A stretch of 64,000 bases of DNA from Eledone cirrhosa (Eukaryota), in contig OZ024749.1 of the NCBI GenBank assembly GCA_964016885.1, forward strand, positions 18,786,001-18,850,000, given 5' to 3'. A program made the position numbers and the translations under genes. The notes under the pieces were generated by a model. It made no database searches and was not told the DNA's origin. It saw nothing but the letters and a program-made list of their open reading frames with translations. Of this stretch, positions 22,934 through 39,300 are shown piece by piece; position 1 is the stretch's first letter, and every line of letters begins with the position of its first letter.

Positions 22934-22967
22934 CATATACATATATATATATATATATATACATATA

Positions 22968-25658
22968 GACTTAATTTTCAGCAATCACACTGACAATATC
23001 CACAATATTGCAGTGGAGAAAACTCTACTCTCTGATCATGACATGGTTCTCTGTGATCTGAGATTCCACCGTCCAATATACAAACCCAATGTCATTTCTC
23101 CTGCCCATCCGTTTGACGCTATGGATTTCCACAATGCAAACTGGGAAGCGATCAGTCATGATCTTGCACATGTCGACTGGTCCTTCACGCACACTCATAC
23201 ACCCACTAACATCAAAAAGTCCTGGCAGACATTTGTGGACACTGTTACAAACATATGTGCTAAACACACCCCATTAAGAACTATAAACAAATCTAAGAGC
23301 AGAATCCCTAGAAATAGAAAAACGCTCATCAGAAAAATTAAGAGAACGAACAAAAAAATCAACAATCTGAAATACTGTCAGCAGCAACACATCAACTTGA
23401 CTGCCATTTCATCACTAGAGATTAAAAAACATAACCTCCAAAACAACATAATGTCCCTCATCAACAATCAGAGAAGAGCTGAAGAGGCCTGGGCCATTGA
23501 GAAGATCAAACTCAATCCCAAAGTGTTCTTTTCATTTGCAAAAAAACACAAAATCACTGGCTCTACTGTTGGCCCTCTAATTGATGAAAATGGCACTCTT
23601 CAAGACAATGCTAAAACCATGGGTGAGATACTGCAGAAACAATACTGCTCTGTTTTCAGCAATCCTGATATGGCCGATCTGGGCTGTATCGGCGATGTTA
23701 CTCCCCATTACACCTTATCGGACATAACGTTTGGCGCCCCTGATGTCTTGGCGGCAATAAAGGAAATCAAGCATAATTCAGCAGTAGGTCCCGATAGGTT
23801 CCCTGCTTGTGTCTTGAAGGCGTGTCAACACCAACTTGCTTCTCCTCTTGCCAATCTGTGGCGGAACTCACTGGATGCTGGATATGTGCCAGAAAACCTT
23901 CTATCCCAGTCTGTTGTCCCAGTTTTCAAAAAGGGAAACAAATCCCTTGCCGTGAATTACCGTCCAATCTCACTCACCTCTCATATCATTAAGGTATTTG
24001 AGCGAGTGGTGAGATCGCGAATGACCCACTTCCTTGAGAGTAACAATATGCTGAACTCCAACCAGCATGGATTCCGTAATGGAAGGGATTGCCTGACGCA
24101 ACTACTGCATCACTTTGATGACATTTTGAGAGCCTTGGGAGAGGGTTCCAACACTGATGTTATCTACCTTGATTTCAGCAAGGCCTTTGACAGGGTTGAT
24201 CATAACATTCTACTGAGAAAGCTGTCCAATATTGGTGTCACTGGAAAGCTGCTGCAGTGGATCAAGAGCTTCCTGTCAAACAGAACCCAACATGTTGTAG
24301 TTGAGGGAGTCAAATCAAGCCCAGCCAAAGTCAGTAGTGGAGTCCCACAAGGCACTGTGTTGGGCCCACTTCTCTTCATCATCTATATTAATGACATCAC
24401 TGACATCATCAAACACAGCAACATTAAAATTTTCGCTGATGATTCCAAGCTCCAAAAGGTCATCAATGGCGTGGATGACCGGATAAGCCTTCAGTCAGAC
24501 CTACTGGCTGTTACCCAATGGGCAGAAAAGAACAACATGTTACTGAACGAAGTTGAGGGAGTCAAATCAAGCCCAGCCAAAGTCAGTAGTGGAGTCCCAC
24601 AAGGCACTGTGTTGGGCCCACTTCTCTTCATCATCTATATTAATGACATCACTGACATCATCAAACACAGCAACATTAAAATTTTCGCTGATGATTCCAA
24701 GCTCCAAAAGGTCATCAATGGCGTGGATGACCGGATAAGCCTTCAGTCAGACCTACTGGCTGTTACCCAATGGGCAGAAAAGAACAACATGTTACTGAAC
24801 GAAGACAAATTCGAACTGATCCACTTTGGAAAAGAGGATGCTCTGAAACTCCCGTACTCCCTTCCCTCCGGGGAAACTCTCGTGGCATCTAACAACATCA
24901 GAGACTTGGGAGTAACCGTGGACAGCAACATAAGCTGGACCACGCATATAAGCAGCAAAGTTGACATGGCCCGCAGAATGTGTTCCTGGATCCTCAGAAC
25001 CTTCCAGTCGAGAGATTCCCGCACCATTATCCTTCTCTTCTCTACTTTCGCCCGACCACACCTTGAATACTGTTGTCCACTGTGGTCTCCCCACACGAAA
25101 CAAAGTATCATGAAACTTGAAGCTCCTCAAAGGGCAATCACGAAAAAGATAGATGGCATGTCAGACCTTGACTACTGGGGTCGATTGGAAAACCTGAAAC
25201 TTTACTCACTCCAACGTCGCCGTGAGCGTTATATTATCTGCATGATGTGGAAAATGTTCCATCATCACTGCCCAAATGATGTTGGCATCGCCTTCAAGAT
25301 ACACCCAAGGCTTGGGCCCCGTGCTATCCGTCCCATTCAAAAATCTAAATCGCAACTCATAACAACAATACGGCACAATTATTTCACCTCAATCGGCCCT
25401 GCTCTCTTCAACATCACACCAGGACACGTCAAAACAGAAACTGACCACACAAAATTCAAGAAGTCTTTGGACAAATTCCTCCAAGTAATCCCGGACAAAC
25501 CACCCACACCCGGATATGTCTCCGCAAACAGTAATTCTCTTCTCGAATGGGCCATGGTGCCCAAATCCTGAATTGAAAGACTTCGCCAGGTGGTGCTATT
25601 AAGTTAGACATGGCCTGGGCCAATACTGGCCAAAACATTTCAAAGTTATTCAAAGTTA
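22968..25658 (+). mobile_element. CR1/L2-group LINE, 5'-truncated, with the same 252-bp RT duplication (24300-24803), copy 2
   Basis: ORF 22809..25571 matches copy 1 downstream of the microsatellite-derived N-terminus. Confidence 0.92.
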
Positions 25659-27392
<1,734 letters not shown>

Positions 27393-30300
27393 TGGCAGTG
27401 ATGACAGTGATGGTAGTGATGACAGTGATGGTAGTGATGACAGTGATGGCAGTGATGGCAGTGATGACAGTGATGGTAGTGATGGTAGTGATGGCAGTGA
27501 TGGTAGTGATGACAGTGATGGCAGTGATGACAGTGATGGCAGTGATGAGTGATGACAGTGATGACAGTGATGGCAGTGATGGTAGTGATGACAGTGATGA
27601 GTGATGACAGTGATGACAGTGATGGCAGTGATGGCAGTGATGGTAGTGATGACAGTGATGACAGTGATGGTAGTGATGACAGTGATGGCAGTGATTGTAG
27701 TGATGACAGTGATGGCAGTGATGACAGCGATGACAGCGATAGTAGCGATGACAGTGATGACAGTGATGGTAGTGATGGCAGTGATGACAGTGATGGTAGT
27801 GATGGTAGTGATGGTAATGATGACAGTGATGACATTGATGACAGTGATGGCAGTGATGGTAGTGATGACAGTGATGGCAGTGATGGCAGTGATGACAGTG
27901 ATGAGAGTGATGGCAGTGATGGCAGTGATGACAGTGATGGTAGTGATGACAGTGATGAGTGATGACAGTGATGACAGTGATGGCAGTGATGGCAGTGATG
28001 GTAGTGATGACAGTGATGACAGTGATGGTAGTGATGACAGTGATGGCAGTGATGAGTGATGACAGTGATGACAGTGATGGTAGTGATGACAGTGATGGTA
28101 GTGATGACAGTGATGGTAGTGATGGCAGTGATGACAGTGATGGTAGTGATGACAGTGATGGCAGTGATGATAGTGATGGTAGTGATGACAGTGATGGTAG
28201 TGATGACAGTGATGGCAGTGATGACAGTGATGGCAGTGATGACAGTGATGACAGTGATGGCAGTGATGGTAGTGATGATAGTGATGGCAGTGATGGTAGT
28301 GATGACAGTGATGACAGTGATGGCAGTGATGACAGTGATGGCAGTGATGGTAGTGATGGTACTGATGACAGTGATGGTAGTGATGACAGAGATGGTAGTG
28401 ATGACAGTGATAGCAGTGATGGCAGTGATGACAGTGATGGTAGTGATGGTAGTGATTACAGTGATGGCAGTGATGACAGTGATGGTAGTGATGACAGTGA
28501 TGGCAGTGATGGCAGTGATGACAGTGATTACAGTGATGGCAGTGATGGCAGTGATGGCAGTAATGGCAGTGATGACAGTGATGTCAGTGATGGTAGTGAT
28601 GACAGTGATGGCAGTGATGGCAGTGATGACAGTGATGGTAGTGATGGTAGTGATGGTAGTGATGGTACTGATGACAGTGATGGCAGTGATGACAGTGATG
28701 GTAGTGATGACAGTGATGGCAGTGATGACAGTGATGGTAGTGATGACAGTGATGGCAGTGATGGCAGTGATGACAGTGATGACAGTGATGGCAGTGATGG
28801 CAGTGATGACAGTGATGGTAGTGATGACAGTGATGGTAGTGATGACATTGATGACAGTGATGACAGTGATGGTAGTGATGACAGTGATGACAGTGATGGC
28901 AGTGATGGCAGTGATGACAGTGATGACAGTGATGGCAGTGATGGCAGTGATGACAGTGATGGTAGTGATGACAGTGATGTTAGTGATGACAGTGATGACA
29001 GTGATGGTAGTGATGACATTGATGACAGTGACGGGAGTGATGACAGTGATGGCAGTGATGACAGTGATGACAGTGATGACAGTGATGGTAGTGATGGTAC
29101 TGATGACAGTGATGTTAGTGATGACAGTGATGACAGTGATGACAGTGATGGTAGTGATGACAGTGATGACAGTGATGGCAGTGATGGCAGTGATGACAGT
29201 GATGGTAGTGATGACAGTGATGGTAGTGATGACAGTGATGACAGTGATGGTAGTGATGACAGTGATGGTAGTGATGGCAGTGATGGTAGTGATGACAGTG
29301 ATGGTAGTGATGACAGTGATGGCAGTGATGGTAGTGATGACAGTGATGACAGTGATGGTAGTGATGGTAGTGATGGCAGTGATGACAGTGATGGTAGTGA
29401 TGACAGTGATGGTAGTGATGACAGTGATGGTAGTGATGGTAGTGATGACAGTGATGACAGTGATGGCAGTGATGACAGTGATGACAGTGATGGTAGTGAT
29501 GACAGTGATGGCAGTGATGGTAGTGATGACAGTGATGGTAGTGATGACAGTGATGACAGTGATGGTAGTGATGGTAGTGATGGAAGTGATGACAGTGATG
29601 GCAGTGATGACAGTGATGGTAGTGATGACAGTGATGGTAGTGATGACAGTGAAGGTAGTGATGGTAGTGATGACAGTGATGACAGTGATGACAGTGATGG
29701 TAGTGATGGCAGTGATGGTAGTGATGACAGTGATGACAGTGATGGCAGTGATGATAGTGATGGTAGTGATGACAGTGATGACAGTGATGGTATTGAAGGT
29801 AGTGATGGTACTGATGACAGTGATGGCAGTGATGACAGTGATGGTAGTGATGGCAGTGATGACAGTGATGACAGTGATGGCAGTGATGATAGTGATGGTA
29901 GTGATGGCAGTGATGGTAGTGATGACAGTGATGACAGTGATGGCAGTGATGACAGTGATGGCAGTGATGGCAGTGATGGTAGTGATGACAGTGATGGCAG
30001 TGATGACAGTGATGGTAGTGATGGCAGTGATGGTAGTGATGACAGTGATGGTAGTGATGGCAGTGATGGTAGGGATGACAGTGATGGTAGTGATGGCAGT
30101 GATGACAGTGATGGTAGTGATGGCAGTGATGACAGTGATGGTCGTGATGACAGTGATCGTAGTGATGACAGTGATGACAGTGATGGTAGTGATGACAGTG
30201 ATGACAGTGATGGTAATGATGACAGCGATGACAGTGATGACAGTGATGGCAGTGATGACAGTGATGGTAGTGATGACAGTGATGGTAGTGATGACAGTGA

Positions 30301-33300
30301 TGACAGTGATGGTAGTGATGACAGTGATGGCAGTGATGACAGTGATGGTAGTGATGACAGTGATGGTAGTGATGACAGTGATGACAGTGATGGCAGTGAT
30401 GACAGTGATGGTAGTGATGACAGTGATGACAGTGATGGCAGTGATGACAGTGATGGTAGTGATGACAGTGATGACAGTGATGGTAGTGATGACAGTGGTG
30501 ACAGTGATGACAGTGATGGTAGTGAGGACAGTGATGGTAGTGATGGTAGTGATGGCAGTGATGACAGTGATGGTAGTGATGGCAGTGATGACAGTGATGA
30601 TAGTGATGGCAGTGATGGTAGTGATGACATTGATGACAGTGATGACAGTGATGACTGTGATGACAGTGATGGTAGTGATGACAGTGATGACAGTGATGGT
30701 AGTGATGACAGTGATGACAGTGATGGCAGTGATGGTAGTGATGACAGTGATGACAGTGATGGTAGTGATGGTAGTGATGGCAGTGATGACAGTGATGGTA
30801 GTAATGACAGTGATGGTAGTGATGACAGTGATGGTAGTGATGGTAGTGATGACAGTGATGACAGTGATGGCAGTGATGACAGTGATGACAGTGATGGTAG
30901 TGATGACAGTGATGGCAGTGATGGTAGTGATGACAGTGATGACAGTGATGACAGTGATGGTAGTGATGGAAGTGATGACAGTGATGGCAGTGATGACAGT
31001 GATGGTAGTGATGACAGTGATGGTAGTGATGACAGTGAAGGTAGTGATGGTAGTGATGACAGTGATGACAGTGATGACAGTGATGGTAGTGATGGTAGTG
31101 ATGGCAGTGATGGTAGTGATGACAGTGATGACAGTGATGGCAGTGATGATAGTGATGGTAGTGATGACAGTGATGACAGTGATGGTATTGAAGGTAGTGA
31201 TGGTACTGATGACAGTGATGGCAGTGATGACAGTGATGGTAGTGATGGCAGTGATGACAGTGATGACAGTGATGGCAGTGATGATAGTGATGGTAGTGAT
31301 GGCAGTGATGGTAGTGATGACAGTGATGACAGTGATGGCAGTGATGACAGTGATGGCAGTGATGGCAGTGATGGTAGTGATGACAGTGATGGCAGTGATG
31401 ACAGTGATGGTAGTGATGGCAGTGATGGTAGTGATGACAGTGATGGTAGTGATGGCAGTGATGGTAGGGATGACAGTGATGGTAGTGATGGCAGTGATGA
31501 CAGTGATGGCAGTGATGACAGTGATGGTAGTGATGACAGTGATGGTAGTGATGACAGTGATGACAGTGATGGCAGTGATGACAGTGATGGTAGTGATGAC
31601 AGTGATGGCAGTGATGACAGTGATGGTAGTGATGACAGTGATGGTAGTGATGACAGTGATGACAGTGATGGCAGTGATGACAGTGATGGTAGTGATGACA
31701 GTGATGACAGTGATGGCAGTGATGACAGTGATGGTAGTGATGACAGTGATGACAGTGATGGTAGTGATGACAGTGGTGACAGTGATGACAGTGATGGTAG
31801 TGAGGACAGTGATGGTAGTGATGGTAGTGATGGCAGTGATGACAGTGATGGCAGTGATGACAGTGATGATAGTGATGGCAGTGATGGTAGTGATGACATT
31901 GATGACAGTGATGACAGTGATGACTGTGATGACAGTGATGGTAGTGATGACAGTGATGACAGTGATGGTAGTGATGACAGTGATGACAGTGATGGCAGTG
32001 ATGACAGTGATGGTAGTGATGACAGTGATGGCAGTGATGACAGTGATGGTAGTGATGACAGTGATGTTAGTGATGACAGTGATGGTAGTGATGACAGTGA
32101 TGACAGTGATGACAGTGATGACAGTGATGGTAGTGATGACATTTATGACAGTGATGGCAGTGATGGAAGTGATGGTAGTGATGACAGTGATGGCAGTGAT
32201 GGCAGTGATGACAGTGATGGTAGTGATGACAGTGATGACAGTGATGGTAGTGATGGCAGTGATGACAGTGATGGTAGTGATGACAGTGATGACAGTGATG
32301 ACAGTGATGAGAGTGATGACAGTGATGGTAGTGATGACAGTGATGGTAGTGATGACAGTGATGACAGTGATGACAGTGATGGTAGTGATGACAGTGATGA
32401 CAGTGATGGCAGTGATGACAGTGATGGTAGTGATGACAGTGATGGTAGTGATGACAGTGATGGTAGTGATGACAGTGATGGCAGTGATGGAAGTGATGGT
32501 AGTGATGACAGTGATGACAGTGATGGCAGTGATGACAGTGATGGTAGTGATGACAGTGATGGCAGTGATGGCAGTGATGACAGTGATGACAGTGATGGTA
32601 GTGATGACAGTGATGGTAGTGATGGTACTGATGACAGTGATGTTAGTGATGACAGTGATGACAGTGATGACAGTGATGACAGTGATGACAGTGATGGTAG
32701 TGATGGTAGTGATGACAGTGATGACAGTGATGGCAGTGATGACAGTGATGGTAGTGATGACAGTGATGACAGTGATGGCAGTGATGACAGTGATGGTAGT
32801 GATGACAGTGATGGCAGTGATGACAGTGATGGTAGTGATGGTACTGATGACAGTGATGTTAGTGATGGTACTGATGACAGTGATGTTAGTGATGACAGTG
32901 ATGACAGTGATGGTAGTGATGACAGTGATGACAGTGATGGTAGTGATGACATTGATGACAGTGACGGTAGTGATGACAGTGATGGCAGTGATGACAGTGA
33001 TGACAGTGATGACAGTGATGGTAGTGATGGTAGTGATGGTACTGATGACAGTGATGGCAGTGATGACAGTGATGGTAGTGATGACAGTGATGGCAGTGAT
33101 GACAGTGATGGTAGTGATGGTACTGATGACAGTGATGTTAGTGATGACAGTGATGACAGTGATGACAGTGATGGTAGTGATGACAGTGATGACAGTGATG
33201 GTAGTGATGACAGTGATGACAGTGATGGTAGTGATGACAGTGATGGTAGTGATGACAGTGATGGCAGTGATGGCAGTGATGACAGTGATGGTAGTGATGG

Positions 33301-36300
33301 TAGTGATGGCAGTGATGGTAGTGATGACAGTGATGGCAGTGATGACAGTGATGGCAGTGATGAGTGATGACAGTGATGACAGTGATGGCAGTGATGGTAG
33401 TGATGACAGTGATGAGTGATGACAGTGATGACAGTGATGGCAGTGATGGCAGTGATGGTAGTGATGACAGTGATGACAGTGATGGTAGTGATGACAGTGA
33501 TGGCAGTGATGACAGTGATGGCAGTGATGACAGCGATGACAGCGATAGTAGCGATGACAGTGATGACAGTGATGGTAGTGATGGCAGTGATGACAGTGAT
33601 GGTAGTGATGGTAGTGATGGTAATGATGACAGTGATGACATTGATGACAGTGATGGCAGTGATGGTAGTGATGACAGTGATGGCAGTGATGGCAGTGATG
33701 ACAGTGATGAGAGTGATGGCAGTGATGGCAGTGATGACAGTGATGGTAGTGATGACAGTGATGAGTGATGACAGTGATGACAGTGATGGCAGTGATGGCA
33801 GTGATGGTAGTGATGACAGTGATGACAGTGATGGTAGTGATGACAGTGATGGCAGTGATGAGTGATGACAGTGATGACAGTGATGGTAGTGATGACAGTG
33901 ATGGTAGTGATGACAGTGATGGTAGTGATGGCAGTGATGACAGTGATGGTAGTGATGACAGTGATAGTAGTGATGACAGTGATGGCAGTGATGATAGTGA
34001 TGGTAGTGATGACAGTGATGGTAGTGATGACAGTGATGGCAGTGATGACAGTGATGGCAGTGATGACAGTGATGGCAGTGATGGTAGTGATGATAGTGAT
34101 GGCAGTGATGGTAGTGATGACAGTGATGACAGTGATGGCAGTGATGGCAGTGATGGTAGTGATGGTACTGATGACAGTGATGGTAGTGATGACAGTGATG
34201 GTAGTGATGACAGTGATGGTAGTGATGACAGTGATAGCAGTGATGGCAGTGATGACAGTGATGGTAGTGATGACAGAGATGGTAGTGATGACAGTGATGG
34301 TAGTGATGGCAGTGATGGTAGTGATGACAGTGATGACAGTGATGGCAGTGATGGTAGTGATGGTACTGATGACAGTGATGGTAGTGATGACAGTGATGGT
34401 AGTGATGACAGTGATGGTAGTGATGGCAGTGATGGTAGTGATGACAGTGATGACAGTGATGACAGTGATGACAGTGATGGTAGTGATGACAGAGATGGTA
34501 GTGATGACAGTGATAGCAGTGATGGCAGTGATGACAGTGATGGTAGTGATGGTAGTGATTACAGTGATGGCAGTGATGACAGTGATGGTAGTGATGACAG
34601 TGATGGCAGTGATGGCAGTGATGACAGCGATGACAGCGATAGTAGCGATGACAGTGATGACAGTGATGGTAGTGATGGCAGTGATGACAGTGATGGTAGT
34701 GATGGTAGTGATGGTAATGATGACAGTGATGACATTGATGACAGTGATGGCAGTGATGGTAGTGATGACAGTGATGGCAGTGATGGCAGTGATGACAGTG
34801 ATGAGAGTGATGGCAGTGATGGCAGTGATGACAGTGATGGTAGTGATGACAGTGATGAGTGATGACAGTGATGACAGTGATGGCAGTGATGGCAGTGATG
34901 GTAGTGATGACAGTGATGACAGTGATGGTAGTGATGACAGTGATGGCAGTGATGAGTGATGACAGTGATGACAGTGATGGTAGTGATGACAGTGATGGTA
35001 GTGATGACAGTGATGGTAGTGATGGCAGTGATGACAGTGATGGTAGTGATGACAGTGATAGTAGTGATGACAGTGATGGCAGTGATGATAGTGATGGTAG
35101 TGATGACAGTGATGGTAGTGATGACAGTGATGGCAGTGATGACAGTGATGGCAGTGATGACAGTGATGGCAGTGATGGTAGTGATGATAGTGATGGCAGT
35201 GATGGTAGTGATGACAGTGATGACAGTGATGGCAGTGATGACAGTGATGGCAGTGATGGTAGTGATGGTACTGATGACAGTGATGGTAGTGATGACAGTG
35301 ATGGTAGTGATGACAGTGATGGTAGTGATGGCAGTGATGGTAGTGATGACAGTGATGACAGTGATGACAGTGATGACAGTGATGGTAGTGATGACAGAGA
35401 TGGTAGTGATGACAGTGATAGCAGTGATGGCAGTGATGACAGTGATGGTAGTGATGGTAGTGATTACAGTGATGGCAGTGATGACAGTGATGGTAGTGAT
35501 GACAGTGATGGCAGTGATGGCAGTGATGACAGTGATTACAGTGATGGCAGTGATGGCAGTGATGGCAGTAATGGCAGTGATGACAGTGATGTCAGTGATG
35601 GTAGTGATGACAGTGATGGCAGTGATGGCAGTGATGACAGTGATGGTAGTGATGGTAGTGATGGTAGTGATGGTACTGATGACAGTGATGGCAGTGATGA
35701 CAGTGATGGTAGTGATGACAGTGATGGCAGTGATGACAGTGATGGTAGTGATGACAGTGATGGCAGTGATGGCAGTGATGACAGTGATGACAGTGATGGC
35801 AGTGATGGCAGTGATGACAGTGATGGTAGTGATGACAGTGATGGTAGTGATGACATTGATGACAGTGATGACAGTGATGGTAGTGATGACAGTGATGACA
35901 GTGATGGCAGTGATGGCAGTGATGACAGTGATGACAGTGATGGCAGTGATGGCAGTGATGACAGTGATGGTAGTGATGACAGTGATGTTAGTGATGACAG
36001 TGATGACAGTGATGGCAGTGATGACAGTGATGGTAGTGATGACATTGATGACAGTGACGGGAGTGATGACAGTGATGGCAGTGATGACAGTGATGACAGT
36101 GATGACAGTGATGGTAGTGATGGTACTGATGACAGTGATGTTAGTGATGACAGTGATGACAGTGATGGCAGTGATGGCAGTGATGACAGTGATGGTAGTG
36201 ATGACAGTGATGGTAGTGATGACAGTGATGACAGTGATGGTAGTGATGACAGTGATGGTAGTGATGGCAGTGATGGTAGTGATGACAGTGATGGTAGTGA

Positions 36301-39300
36301 TGACAGTGATGGCAGTGATGGTAGTGATGACAGTGATGACAGTGATGGTAGTGATGGTAGTGATGGCAGTGATGACAGTGATGGTAGTGATGACAGTGAT
36401 GGTAGTGATGACAGTGATGGTAGTGATGGTAGTGATGACAGTGATGACAGTGATGGCAGTGATGACAGTGATGACAGTGATGGTAGTGATGACAGTGATG
36501 GCAGTGATGGTAGTGATGACAGTGATGGTAGTGATGACAGTGATGACAGTGATGGTAGTGATGGTAGTGATGGAAGTGATGACAGTGATGGCAGTGATGA
36601 CAGTGATGGTAGTGATGACAGTGATGGTAGTGATGACAGTGAAGGTAGTGATGGTAGTGATGACAGTGATGACAGTGATGACAGTGATGGTAGTGATGGC
36701 AGTGATGGTAGTGATGACAGTGATGACAGTGATGGCAGTGATGATAGTGATGGTAGTGATGACAGTGATGACAGTGATGGTATTGAAGGTAGTGATGGTA
36801 CTGATGACAGTGATGGCAGTGATGACAGTGATGGTAGTGATGGCAGTGATGACAGTGATGACAGTGATGGCAGTGATGATAGTGATGGTAGTGATGGCAG
36901 TGATGGTAGTGATGACAGTGATGACAGTGATGGCAGTGATGACAGTGATGGCAGTGATGGCAGTGATGGTAGTGATGACAGTGATGGCAGTGATGACAGT
37001 GATGGTAGTGATGGCAGTGATGGTAGTGATGACAGTGATGGTAGTGATGGCAGTGATGGTAGGGATGACAGTGATGGTAGTGATGGCAGTGATGACAGTG
37101 ATGGTAGTGATGGCAGTGATGACAGTGATGGTCGTGATGACAGTGATCGTAGTGATGACAGTGATGACAGTGATGGTAGTGATGACAGTGATGACAGTGA
37201 TGGTAATGATGACAGCGATGACAGTGATGACAGTGATGGCAGTGATGACAGTGATGGTAGTGATGACAGTGATGGTAGTGATGACAGTGATGACAGTGAT
37301 GGTAGTGATGACAGTGATGGCAGTGATGACAGTGATGGTAGTGATGACAGTGATGGTAGTGATGACAGTGATGACAGTGATGGCAGTGATGACAGTGATG
37401 GTAGTGATGACAGTGATGACAGTGATGGTAGTGATGACAGTGGTGACAGTGATGACAGTGATGGTAGTGAGGACAGTGATGGTAGTGATGGTAGTGATGG
37501 CAGTGATGACAGTGATGGTAGTGATGGCAGTGATGACAGTGATGATAGTGATGGCAGTGATGGTAGTGATGACATTGATGACAGTGATGACAGTGATGAC
37601 TGTGATGACAGTGATGGTAGTGATGACAGTGATGACAGTGATGGTAGTGATGACAGTGATGACAGTGATGGCAGTGATGGTAGTGATGACAGTGATGACA
37701 GTGATGGTAGTGATGGTAGTGATGGCAGTGATGACAGTGATGGTAGTAATGACAGTGATGGTAGTGATGACAGTGATGGTAGTGATGGTAGTGATGACAG
37801 TGATGACAGTGATGGCAGTGATGACAGTGATGACAGTGATGGTAGTGATGACAGTGATGGCAGTGATGGTAGTGATGACAGTGATGACAGTGATGACAGT
37901 GATGGTAGTGATGGAAGTGATGACAGTGATGGCAGTGATGACAGTGATGGTAGTGATGACAGTGATGGTAGTGATGACAGTGAAGGTAGTGATGGTAGTG
38001 ATGACAGTGATGACAGTGATGACAGTGATGGTAGTGATGGTAGTGATGGCAGTGATGGTAGTGATGACAGTGATGACAGTGATGGCAGTGATGATAGTGA
38101 TGGTAGTGATGACAGTGATGACAGTGATGGTATTGAAGGTAGTGATGGTACTGATGACAGTGATGGCAGTGATGACAGTGATGGTAGTGATGGCAGTGAT
38201 GACAGTGATGACAGTGATGGCAGTGATGATAGTGATGGTAGTGATGGCAGTGATGGTAGTGATGACAGTGATGACAGTGATGGCAGTGATGACAGTGATG
38301 GCAGTGATGGCAGTGATGGTAGTGATGACAGTGATGGCAGTGATGACAGTGATGGTAGTGATGGCAGTGATGGTAGTGATGACAGTGATGGTAGTGATGG
38401 CAGTGATGGTAGGGATGACAGTGATGGTAGTGATGGCAGTGATGACAGTGATGGCAGTGATGACAGTGATGGTAGTGATGACAGTGATGGTAGTGATGAC
38501 AGTGATGACAGTGATGGCAGTGATGACAGTGATGGTAGTGATGACAGTGATGGCAGTGATGACAGTGATGGTAGTGATGACAGTGATGGTAGTGATGACA
38601 GTGATGACAGTGATGGCAGTGATGACAGTGATGGTAGTGATGACAGTGATGACAGTGATGGCAGTGATGACAGTGATGGTAGTGATGACAGTGATGACAG
38701 TGATGGTAGTGATGACAGTGGTGACAGTGATGACAGTGATGGTAGTGAGGACAGTGATGGTAGTGATGGTAGTGATGGCAGTGATGACAGTGATGGCAGT
38801 GATGACAGTGATGATAGTGATGGCAGTGATGGTAGTGATGACATTGATGACAGTGATGACAGTGATGACTGTGATGACAGTGATGGTAGTGATGACAGTG
38901 ATGACAGTGATGGTAGTGATGACAGTGATGACAGTGATGGCAGTGATGACAGTGATGGTAGTGATGACAGTGATGGCAGTGATGACAGTGATGGTAGTGA
39001 TGACAGTGATGTTAGTGATGACAGTGATGGTAGTGATGACAGTGATGACAGTGATGACAGTGATGACAGTGATGGTAGTGATGACATTTATGACAGTGAT
39101 GGCAGTGATGGAAGTGATGGTAGTGATGACAGTGATGGCAGTGATGGCAGTGATGACAGTGATGACAGTGATGGTAGTGATGACAGTGATGACAGTGATG
39201 GTAGTGATGGCAGTGATGACAGTGATGGTAGTGATGACAGTGATGACAGTGATGACAGTGATGAGAGTGATGACAGTGATGGTAGTGATGACAGTGATGG